A DNA stretch of 64,000 nt from an uncultured bacterium. GTDB lineage: Bacteria; Verrucomicrobiota; Kiritimatiellia; PWTM01. Location of the stretch: positions 4,762-68,761 of the forward strand of contig CALLFZ010000023.1 in assembly GCA_938010045.1 (NCBI GenBank), given 5' to 3'. The notes under the pieces are model-generated. The model worked only from the letters and a program-made list of their open reading frames with translations. It did not search any database and had not been told where the DNA came from. Both the position numbers and the translations under genes were made by a program. This document shows positions 28,289 through 37,500 of the stretch, in pieces. The first letter of the stretch is position 1. The number at the start of each line of letters is the position of its first letter.

Positions 28289-29179
28289 ATGGCGGAACGC
28301 CTCCCGCTGTTGGCGCCCGAGGACCTTCGGCGCCTTGCGTCGCTCCAAGTGCTCGCGCGCTCGGTGGTCGAAGGGTTTTGCAGCGGCCTGCACCGCTCGC
28401 CGCACAAGGGCTTCAGCGTCGAGTTCCGTGAACACCGCGCGTATGTGCCGGGCGACGAGATTCGCCGCCTCGACTGGAAACTCTACGCGCGGCGCGACCG
28501 CTTCTATGTACGCGAGTTCGAGGAGGAGACGAACGTCCGCGCGACGCTCCTGCTCGACGCGAGCGGCTCGATGGCGTACGGCGAGCCGAGCAAGCTCGAC
28601 TACGCGGCGCGGCTGGCCGCCGGCCTCGCGTGGCTGCTGCTGCAGCAGTCGGATGCGGTCGGGCTGCTGGTCTTCGACACCGCGCCCCGCCGCTACATCC
28701 CTCCGCGCGCGCGGCCAGGCCACCTGCGCGTGCTCACCGACGCGCTGGAGCGCACACGCGCAGGCGGCGAGACCGACCTGGGACGCGTGCTGCACGACAC
28801 CGCCGCGCGCGTTCATCGGCGTGGTCTGCTGATCGTGCTCTCCGACTGTCTCGGCCCACTACCGGAGCTGCTGGCCGCGCTCGCGCACCTGCGGTTTGTT
28901 CACCACGACGTCTCGGTCATCCAGGTGCTGCATCCGGATGAGCTCGAGTTCCCGTTCCGCGGCTGGACGAGGTTCGAATCGCTCGAGCGCGCGGGCCACG
29001 ACCGGCTGCTCGATCCCGCCGCACTACGCGAAGCGTACCGGCGGCGAGTCGCGGAGTTTCAGCGCGACCTGCGCCGTGGGTGCCACCGGCACCGGGTCGA
29101 CTGGGCCCTGATGACCACCGACCGGCCATGGTCGGACTCGCTCTCGCGCTTCCTCGCGGCGCGGCGGAGGCGGGCATGA
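28289..29179 (+). CDS. DUF58 family protein (vWA-like MoxR partner)
   Basis: GLHRSPHKGFSVEFREHRAYVPGDEIRRLDWK, LLDASGSM, VLSD. Confidence 0.93.
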   Translation: MAERLPLLAPEDLRRLASLQVLARSVVEGFCSGLHRSPHKGFSVEFREHRAYVPGDEIRRLDWKLYARRDRFYVREFEEETNVRATLLLDASGSMAYGEPSKLDYAARLAAGLAWLLLQQSDAVGLLVFDTAPRRYIPPRARPGHLRVLTDALERTRAGGETDLGRVLHDTAARVHRRGLLIVLSDCLGPLPELLAALAHLRFVHHDVSVIQVLHPDELEFPFRGWTRFESLERAGHDRLLDPAALREAYRRRVAEFQRDLRRGCHRHRVDWALMTTDRPWSDSLSRFLAARRRRA

Positions 29180-31323
29180 CCTTCCTGAACCCAGCTCTGC
29201 TGGCCGGCGTGGCCGCCGCGGCGATCCCGGTGATCTTGCACCTGCTGAACCGCCGCCGGTTCCGCGTCGTGCGTTGGAGCGCGATGATGTTCTTGGACGA
29301 CATCCTGCGCACGCAACGGCGGCGGATCCGGATCGAGCAATGGCTGCTGCTGGCGATCCGCGCCTCGATTCCGGCGCTGCTGGCGCTCGCGATGGCGCGG
29401 CCCGTGCTCACCGGCGCGGCCGGTCGCATCCAGCGCGCGCCGACCTCGGCGGTCATCCTGCTCGACAACAGCGCTTCGATGGAGGTCGGGGAGGCCGGCC
29501 GCAGCGCGTTGGCCGCCGCGCGCGAAGCGGCCGCCGCGGTGCTCGACGAGTTGCCGCGGGGCTCAGAGGCCGCCGTGATCGGAATGGCCGGGCCACTACC
29601 GGCCGCCGAAGAGCCGAGCGTCGATCTCGCGCAGGTGCGGCAGGTCGTGCTCGACGCGGAGGGCGGCTGGGGCGCCGCGCGGCCCGCGGCCGCGCTGCAA
29701 CGCGCCGCCGCACTGTTCGAGCAGCGCATGCACCATGCGGATCGTCTGCTCGTGATTGTGACCGATCTTCAGCGCTCGACGTGGTCGCCTGAACGCGCGG
29801 AGGAGCGGCGCCGCGCCTGGTCGCGCCTCGCGGCGCAACCGGTGCCCCCGCGGGTTGTGCTGATGCCGATCCGCGCGGCACCGGTCGAGAATGTTGCGGT
29901 CGGTCCGGTTGAATTGTCGCGCGCGATGGCCGGCGTCGGCCAGACGCTGCGCATCCGGGCAACCATGCGCCTCTATGGCGGCCGCGCCCGCCCCTCGGTG
30001 CGCGCGTACCTGCGGGTGAACGGCGTCGAACTCAAGCACGCGACGGTGCGGCTGGAGCCGGGCGCAGCCGAGGTGGTGCAGTTCTCCCACGCCTTCGACC
30101 GTGCGGGCTCGCACGTCATCGAGGTGGCGACCGATCCTGATGCGCTTCGCGCCGACAATGCCGCGGCCGCGTCGGTCATCATTGTGGACCGTCTGCCGGT
30201 TCGGCTGATCAGCGGGGACCCGAACCCGCTGCCGCTGCGCTCGGAGACCGCGTTCCTCGAGCTTGCGTTGCAGCCGTGGATGGCGGGTGCGGGGCGCGCG
30301 GCGGACCTGATCCGCGTCTCGACGGTGCCTGAATCGCGCGCGGAGCCCGCCCATCTGCGCGATGCGCGCGCGATCGTGCTTGCGAATGTCCGCCAGCTCC
30401 CCACCGCGGCCGTCGAGGCCCTCGCGGAGTTTGTGCGCGAGGGCGGCGGGCTTCTCATCGCCCCGGGAGACCGCGCATCGCCCTCGTGGTATGCGGCCAC
30501 GTTGGACGAGGCCGCCGGCCTTCTGCCGGCGCGGCTGGCGGGCATCGTCGGCCGGCCAGACGAGGAGGCTGGAGCGGTTGGATTCGAGCCACGCTGGCCC
30601 GCCCATCCGGCGCTGGCCGGACTGCGCGCGGGCGCGCTCGACGGCGTTCGACTCCGCGCGTATCACCGTCTGGATGTTCCGCCCGAACGCGCGGACGGGA
30701 TCCTGATGCGGCTCGAGAATGGCGAGCCATGGATGGTCGAACGGCGCGTCGGGGAGGGCCGGGTCGTGCTGCTGGGCGGACCGCTCGACGCCGACTGGGG
30801 CAATCTGCCATTCCAACCGGCCTACGTGCCGTTGATGCAGGAACTCATCGTTCACCTCGGATCGGTGGTCCATCCGCCGCGCAATATCGAGCCGGGCGAG
30901 CGAATGGCCGCGCGGCTCGACGACGACACGCCCGAGGGCGAACGCGCCACACTCACCCTGCCCGACGGCAGCGTGCGCGAGCTCGTGGTCGCGCGGCGCG
31001 GCATGCACCGCATGGTGGAGTTCGGTGAAACGGATCGGCCGGGCATCTACTGGCTGAAGCCACCGGGCGGCGCGGATCCGATCGCGTGGGTGGTCCGCCG
31101 GCCACCGCAGGAATCGGACCTGACGCCGCTCTCGGACTCGGAGATCGCGGCGCTGGTGGCCGAGGCATCGGCGACGATCATTGAATCGCCCGAGGCGTTC
31201 CGCCGGATCGAACGGGAGCGCCGCGAGGGCCGCGAGCTGTGGCGGGCCACATGGTGGGGCGTGCTCGGGCTGCTGGCGTTGGAGTTGGTGGTGCAGCGGC
31301 GGCTCGGAGGGCGCGTGCCGTGA
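29176..31323 (+). CDS. BatA N-terminal domain + vWA domain membrane protein
   Basis: MTFLNP...IPVILHLLNRRR, MIDAS-like LLDNSASM, VTDLQ, Ig-like middle, GATase-like domain (RAIVLANV...GGGLLIAPGD), C-terminal TM. Confidence 0.88.
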   Translation: MTFLNPALLAGVAAAAIPVILHLLNRRRFRVVRWSAMMFLDDILRTQRRRIRIEQWLLLAIRASIPALLALAMARPVLTGAAGRIQRAPTSAVILLDNSASMEVGEAGRSALAAAREAAAAVLDELPRGSEAAVIGMAGPLPAAEEPSVDLAQVRQVVLDAEGGWGAARPAAALQRAAALFEQRMHHADRLLVIVTDLQRSTWSPERAEERRRAWSRLAAQPVPPRVVLMPIRAAPVENVAVGPVELSRAMAGVGQTLRIRATMRLYGGRARPSVRAYLRVNGVELKHATVRLEPGAAEVVQFSHAFDRAGSHVIEVATDPDALRADNAAAASVIIVDRLPVRLISGDPNPLPLRSETAFLELALQPWMAGAGRAADLIRVSTVPESRAEPAHLRDARAIVLANVRQLPTAAVEALAEFVREGGGLLIAPGDRASPSWYAATLDEAAGLLPARLAGIVGRPDEEAGAVGFEPRWPAHPALAGLRAGALDGVRLRAYHRLDVPPERADGILMRLENGEPWMVERRVGEGRVVLLGGPLDADWGNLPFQPAYVPLMQELIVHLGSVVHPPRNIEPGERMAARLDDDTPEGERATLTLPDGSVRELVVARRGMHRMVEFGETDRPGIYWLKPPGGADPIAWVVRRPPQESDLTPLSDSEIAALVAEASATIIESPEAFRRIERERREGRELWRATWWGVLGLLALELVVQRRLGGRVP

Positions 31324-34300
31324 CCTCACTGCACTTCACGGGCTCGCTGTGGCTGGGCGGGGCGGTTGCGCTGGGCGCGGTGGCGGTGGCGCTGGCGATC
31401 TACCGGCGCGAGCGCCCCCCCGGCGGCGGCGGCGTGGCGCTGCCCGCGGCGCTGCGCGCGATGGCGATCGTGCTCGTTGCGCTCATGGCCACGGGGCCGG
31501 TGCTGCGTCACCGTCGGCGGGTCGGTGATCCGCTGCAGGTCCGCGTCGTGCTCGACCAGTCCGCGAGCATGGCCCTGACCGATCCGCAGATGGAGACCGG
31601 GCGCAAGCTGCAGATCGCCCACCAGCTGGGCTGGGCAGACGCGACGGGCGACGATACCGCCCTGCTGCGCGCCGCCGATGAGCTGCGCGCCGCGCTCGAT
31701 GTGCTCGATCCGGCCGAGCCCGATCGCGCCGCCGCCGTGCGCGCGGCCGCCGCACGGATGGAGGCCGCGCGCGGCCTGCTCGCCGCCCTTCCGGCCGATG
31801 CCTTCGTGGGTCTCCGTCCGTCCGGGCGCGTGATCCTCGAGCGCTGGACGGGTCTCGGCGGCGACCGCGTGGCGGACCTCACCGGCTCACCGAAGTTTCG
31901 CGGCCCGCCCGATGAACGTCGCGTGCTCACGTCCCTCGAGGTGCCCGACGATGGCGCCGATGCGTTTGGTGAACGGATCCGCGGCCATCTCGTGCCACCG
32001 ATCACGGGGGAGTACGTGTTCTGGCTCTCCAGCGACGATCACGCGGAACTACGCGTCAGCCCCACGAGCGAGCCCGAGCGCGCGACGGTGATCGCGCGGG
32101 TCGAGGGATGGACCTCCCCCGACCAGTGGGAGCAGCTTCCGGGACAGAAGTCGCGCCGCGTATCGCTCGAAGCCGGCCGCCTCTGCTATTTCGAAGTGCT
32201 GCACAAAGAAGGCAACGGGCAGGCGCACGTCGCGGTGCGATGGCAGTTGCCGGACGGCACGATCGAATCTCCGATCCCCGCTGCGCGACTTGTGGCGTAC
32301 GAGGCGGCCGCCGCAGCGGAGGATCCGCGCGGCGCGCTGGATCGAGATCTCATCGAACCTGCGCGCCGTCTTGTGGCCGCCAGCGGCGGATCGCCCGATG
32401 CTGCGTGGCGACGCGAGGCCGCCGCAGTGGAGTCGAAACTCGCCATTTGGGAGCGGGAGCTGCGCGGGCTTTTCCTGCGGCGCGCGGAGAGCGCCGATCT
32501 CAACGCGCGGCCAGCATGGCGCGCCGCGCTCGATCGGTTTGACCGCACGCCGCGTTGGGACCGCGCGATCGGCGCATTGTGGGGGGGGCGAGAGCCACTG
32601 TTGGCTGCGCTCGCGGAGGGCTGCGATGTGCAGGTCATCGCGCTGCGCGAGGGCCAGCTCGAGGAGCTCTGGAGCGCGCGCTCGGGGCCCGTGCGCGCCG
32701 ACGGACCTCCGCCGGCCGCCTCCGCGCCGCCGGCGGGTGTCTTCACCGACCTCTCTCCACTCGGCGAGGGGCTCGGCGCCGAGGGCGGTGAGGCCGGTGC
32801 GGTGCGCGCGGCGGTGGTGCTGATCTCCGACGGCCGCCACAACCGCGGAGCGTCGCCGCTCGAGACCGCGCGAGTGCTCGGCGCGCGCGGCGTGCCAGTC
32901 CTGACCGTCACCATCGGCAGCGACCGGCCGCCGCCGGACGCGGCACTGCTCGGCGTGGATGCGCCGGAGACCGTCTTCCACCGCGACCGGCTCCGTGGGC
33001 GGGTTTTCGTGACCGATCACCGCCCCGACGGCGCCCCGCTCACCCTCCGCATCCGCTCCGGGGACGAGGTCGTGTGGTCGCACGAGCTGGCGGCCGGTGG
33101 CGCGCGCGCGGTCGAGTTCGAAGTGCCGGTCGAGGAGCTGGCCGAACGGCTCGGACGCACAGCCGCCCGCGAAGGTGAACGGGCGGGTGTCCGGCTCGAC
33201 TTCACGATTGAACTGGAGGGTGCTGAGAACGACGCCATCCCCGCGAACAACCACCGCGAGTTCTCCGTGTTCGCGGTCACGCGCCCCTACCGCGTGCTGT
33301 TGCTCGACGGCCGGCCGCGCTGGGAGACGCGGTATGTGCGCAACCTCTTCGATCGCGATCCTCGATGGGAACTGACCGCGGTGTACGCCAACGGCGGCGA
33401 ACTGCCGCGCGGCGCAGGGGCCGATCGGTTTCCGGCCGACCGCGATGCGCTGATGGCCATGGACCTGGTGATTCTCGGTGAGGTGCCGCCCGGCGCGTTT
33501 CGGCCGGTCGAACTCGAATGGCTGCGTGATTTTGTCGGCGACCGCGGTGGTGGGCTCATCCTGTTGGAGGGGCTTCGAGGGCATCTGCGGGCGATCTGCG
33601 GCGGCCCGCTGGCCGAGGTTGTGCCAGTCGAGTGGACGGGCGGCGCGATCGAGCAGCCTTTTGCGCTCCGGCTCACCGCCGCGGGCGAGCGGCAGCCCGC
33701 GCTCGCGGTGGCACCGACGGGCGCGGCGGCGGCCGCGTGGGCGCGGCTGCCACCGCCGCAGCGGGTGGCGTCGGTTCGGCCCCGGCCGGGCGCGGAGGTG
33801 TGGGCCGAAGCGGTGACCGCCGCCGGGGGCGCGGCCGTGCCGGCGCTTGTCGCTTCCCGCTACGGCGCCGGGCGCGTGGCACTGCTCGCATTCGACGAGA
33901 TCTGGCGCTGGCGCCGAGACGACGGCGACGCGTTCCAGACTCGCTTCTGGAACCAGATGGCGCTGGCCTTGATGGAGGCCCCCTTTGCGGTACGTGACCG
34001 GCGCGTCTCGGTGGACGCAGGCCCCCCCGTGCAAGAAGCTGGACGACGCACACGACTGCGCGCGCGCGTGCGCGACGAACGGGGCCGCGCTATGGCCGGC
34101 GCCATCGTCCAAGCCCAGGTGTTTCGCGACGGCCGCCGTGTCGCCGCGCTGCCGATGACGCCCGACGAACACGGCGGCGGTCTCTATGTCGCCGACACCG
34201 GCCCGCTGCCGCCGGGCGAATATGAACTGCGCGTTACGGTGGCGGGCGTGCCGGAGAGCGACACCGCCGCCCGGGCCACCTGGGTCGTGCGACCGGCGAC

Positions 34301-34544
34301 CAACCTCGAAACCGTTGAGCCCGCCGGTGACGAGACGCTGATGCGCCAGATCGCGGCGGTCTCGCGCGGCCGATGGTTCCGAGAAGAGCAGATCGGCGAA
34401 CTGGCGGCGGTGTTGCGGCCGCTGAGCCGAGGGCGCATTGTCGAAACGGAGACCCACCTCTGGCAGCGATGGCCGTGGCTTGCGGCGGTCGTCGCGCTGC
34501 TGACGGTGGAATGGGTGGTGCGTAAACGTCGGGGGTTGCTGTGA
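31320..34544 (+). CDS. Membrane protein with vWA domain interrupted by a PA14 domain, plus a GATase1-like domain
   Basis: VLDQSASM, LISDGRHN, PA14 core FGERIRGHLVPPITGEYVFWLSSDD...YFEVLHKEGNG, RVLLLDGRPRWETRY, DEIWRWR, EWVVRK terminus. Confidence 0.88.
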   Translation: MTSLHFTGSLWLGGAVALGAVAVALAIYRRERPPGGGGVALPAALRAMAIVLVALMATGPVLRHRRRVGDPLQVRVVLDQSASMALTDPQMETGRKLQIAHQLGWADATGDDTALLRAADELRAALDVLDPAEPDRAAAVRAAAARMEAARGLLAALPADAFVGLRPSGRVILERWTGLGGDRVADLTGSPKFRGPPDERRVLTSLEVPDDGADAFGERIRGHLVPPITGEYVFWLSSDDHAELRVSPTSEPERATVIARVEGWTSPDQWEQLPGQKSRRVSLEAGRLCYFEVLHKEGNGQAHVAVRWQLPDGTIESPIPAARLVAYEAAAAAEDPRGALDRDLIEPARRLVAASGGSPDAAWRREAAAVESKLAIWERELRGLFLRRAESADLNARPAWRAALDRFDRTPRWDRAIGALWGGREPLLAALAEGCDVQVIALREGQLEELWSARSGPVRADGPPPAASAPPAGVFTDLSPLGEGLGAEGGEAGAVRAAVVLISDGRHNRGASPLETARVLGARGVPVLTVTIGSDRPPPDAALLGVDAPETVFHRDRLRGRVFVTDHRPDGAPLTLRIRSGDEVVWSHELAAGGARAVEFEVPVEELAERLGRTAAREGERAGVRLDFTIELEGAENDAIPANNHREFSVFAVTRPYRVLLLDGRPRWETRYVRNLFDRDPRWELTAVYANGGELPRGAGADRFPADRDALMAMDLVILGEVPPGAFRPVELEWLRDFVGDRGGGLILLEGLRGHLRAICGGPLAEVVPVEWTGGAIEQPFALRLTAAGERQPALAVAPTGAAAAAWARLPPPQRVASVRPRPGAEVWAEAVTAAGGAAVPALVASRYGAGRVALLAFDEIWRWRRDDGDAFQTRFWNQMALALMEAPFAVRDRRVSVDAGPPVQEAGRRTRLRARVRDERGRAMAGAIVQAQVFRDGRRVAALPMTPDEHGGGLYVADTGPLPPGEYELRVTVAGVPESDTAARATWVVRPATNLETVEPAGDETLMRQIAAVSRGRWFREEQIGELAAVLRPLSRGRIVETETHLWQRWPWLAAVVALLTVEWVVRKRRGLL

Positions 34545-37500
34545 TGCCCGATCAACCAGCTCCTCGCGAGGCCGAATGGGGATCGGCCGGCCTCGATGAT
34601 CTCACGCGGCGCCGACTGCTCGAGTTCGGCCGCCGCCGCGAGCGGCTGTTATGGCAGCGGGGTCTGCTCGGCGCGCTCGCGGCCACGCTCGGCGGCCTGC
34701 TCATCGTCGCGGCCGCAGATGCGGCGTGGGTGATCGAAGACCCCATGCGCATCACGTTGAGCCTCGGCGCATGGGCGCTGGGGGCGTTGGAACTGTGGCG
34801 GCTCACGCTACGGCATCTGCGCGGGCGACACGATCTCGGGCGGCTGGCGCGGTGGTTCGAGGCCGCGCGTCCCGAGCTGCGCGAGGAGGTGCTCTCGGCC
34901 GTCGAACTCGGCACACGGCCGCCGCCCGCCCCCGGGCTCGATTCGCCCGTCTTCCGCGCGCGAGTTCAGGCCGCTGTCGCGGAGCGTATGGCGAACATTG
35001 AGCCGGATGAGTTGCTGCCCCTGACCCTCATCCGCCGCTGGCTGGCGCCGGCCGCCGCCGCCATGCTGCTCGTCATCGCGCTGCTCGCGTGGCCGGGCCT
35101 CGACGGCGCCCGCCGGCTCGCGCGCGCGGCGCTCCCAACCGCCAACCTCGCGCGGGTCTCCCGCACCCGCATCGACGTCCGCGAACCCTCCCCACCCGAT
35201 GCCACCGTGCCGCTGGGCGACGCCGTGCCCGTCGTGGTCGAGGTAGTCGGGCGGCCGATCAGCGAGGCCTGGCTCGAAAGCGCCGCGGGCGGGCGCCGTG
35301 CCCGCTCGCGCATGAAACCGATCGCGCCGGGCCGCTTTGCCGCCTCGATCGAAACCGCCGATGCGGAACTTCTCTACCGCGTGCGCGGCGGCGACGCGGT
35401 GACCCGCTGGTACCGGATCGCCGGCGTTCCGCCTCCGCGTGTGGCGGCGTTCGAAAAAACCTACCGGCCCCCCGCATGGCTCGGCCGCCCCGTCCATACT
35501 GTGCGGGAAACCTCGGGTGACCTGGAGGGCGTCGAGGGCACTCGCGTGGAGCTGCGGATCGAAAGCGACCAGCCGCTCGCTCTCGGCGAATTGCGACTCG
35601 ACCTCGCAGGCGAAAGCCTCACCCTGCCGCTCGAGCGCGAAGATCCACTGCACTGGCGGGCGTCGCTCGACCTGACGCGGCCGGGTCTCTACCAGGCCCG
35701 CCTCAGGGCGGCGGCGACCGGCTTCGAGAATCGCGAACGGCCCGTCTGGGAAATCCGCGTCCGACCCGATCAACCGCCCCGCGTCGAGATCCTCGAGCCT
35801 GCCGCCGATCGAACCGCCACGCCAGACGACCTCGTGCGCTGGTCGGTCGAGGCGACCGATGACCACGGGTTGGTGGCCCTCCAGCGCCGCGTGCAGATCC
35901 GGCGGCCCGGCGCTGGCTGGCGCGACGATGGCGCTCCGCATGCCTGCACCGGCGAAACCGCCGCCGTGAACGACACCACCGATGTGCTCGCGTGGGGCGT
36001 CCGCCCCGGCGACGAAGTCTGGGTGAAGTACCTCGCAACAGATCTCCGCGGCCAAACCGGCGAGTCCGGCGTGCGCCGCCTCATGATCACGGCCGAAGCG
36101 TTCGAACCCGGCCGGCGCGCGGCGGTCGAGACATGGCGCAGAGTGGGCGAGGCACTGGACCGGCTGGCAAGCCTCGCACGTGAGGCGCGGCAGGCCCAGG
36201 CCGAGGCCCGCCGCGCATCCAGAGACGCCGCGGCGGCCGAGGCCGATCGCACGGCGACGCGCGCGTACCTCCACTCGGCGATTCGAGCGGCCGAGCGCGC
36301 CGCCGAGACCGCCGCCGAAACGATCCGGCAGGCGCAGACCGCCCTCACTGACGGCCCTGACGCGGATGCGTTAGAACGCATCGCCGCCTCCGTGAGCGCG
36401 ATCCGACACGCCGACCTAGCGGTCGCTCAGCGGCTCGCCGCGGCGGACGAGACGCCCGGGACCCGGCGCCTCGTTGCGGAGGAGAGCGCGCAACGACTGC
36501 AGCGCGCCGTCGAGATGGCAGAGCAAACCGCGCGCGCCGCGAATCTGGCCGTCGCCGCCGAAGAGGCTGAGCTGGCCGTCGGCGACCTGCGCGACGTACG
36601 CCGAGAACTGCAGCGCGCGCTCGACGCTCCGGCCGACACGGACGCTGACCGCGAGCGGCTTGCCCGCCGCCAGGCGGCCGCCGCCGCGCACATGGACGAG
36701 ATCGCTGAACTGCTCGGCAATGTCGAACGGCGGCGCGGTGGTCTCCGCGAGACCGCTCGAACACTTTCCGCGGCGGCGGCCGCCGCCCGTTCCGAGGCCG
36801 AGGCCGGCAACCCGACCCGTCTTCCGGATCTCGCGCGCACCGCCGCGGAGGCGTTGAACCGCGTCGTAAGTGGCGCGGCTGAGGTGCAGCACCAGGCCGC
36901 CGAGGCGCTGAGCCAGCTCGACGCGAACCGCCTCCGGCGCGACGTGTTGCCGCAGCTGGCGCAGAACCTGGAGGCAGCCGCGAACCCCAACAGCGGTGAC
37001 GCAGACCGCGCACGGATTCTCGCCGCGCGCCTGCCCGCCCTCCGCGACGCGGCGGCCGCCATGCTCCGCGAACGCGCCGCCTTCGAAGAGCGCCGTCGCG
37101 ATGCGGACCCGGCCTTCGTGCAAGACCTGCACGCCGCCGCCGCGGCCGTCCGCGTTGCGGCCGCCGAACCGGGACGCGAAGCCGCCCAGACCGTCGAACG
37201 CATCGGTGAAGCGCTCCGACGCCTCGAGACCGCCCACGACGCTCACTCGCTCGCGCGTTCGCTGCAGCAACTGGCGGCCGACGAACGCTGGGGACAGCCC
37301 GACGACCGGCGCGCGCGCGCCCGCGGTGAGGTCTGGCGCGCCGGCGAACGCGAGATGACCGAACTCGAACGCGCCGTTCGCGAACAGCAGCTTCCCGCCG
37401 CCGCGGACGCCATCGGGCGTCTACGCTCACGGCCGGAGACCGCGCGCGCGCGGGAGGAGATGGAACGCCGGCGCGTTGCCGTTACGGGTCGCGACAACGT

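Noticed and set aside
29596-34457. Long antisense ORFs (577 aa, 802 aa; likewise 12261-14027, 41846-43519, 52045-53403 and others)
   Set aside because: Shadow ORFs of real genes caused by stop-codon scarcity in GC-rich DNA; Arg/Pro-rich with no motifs
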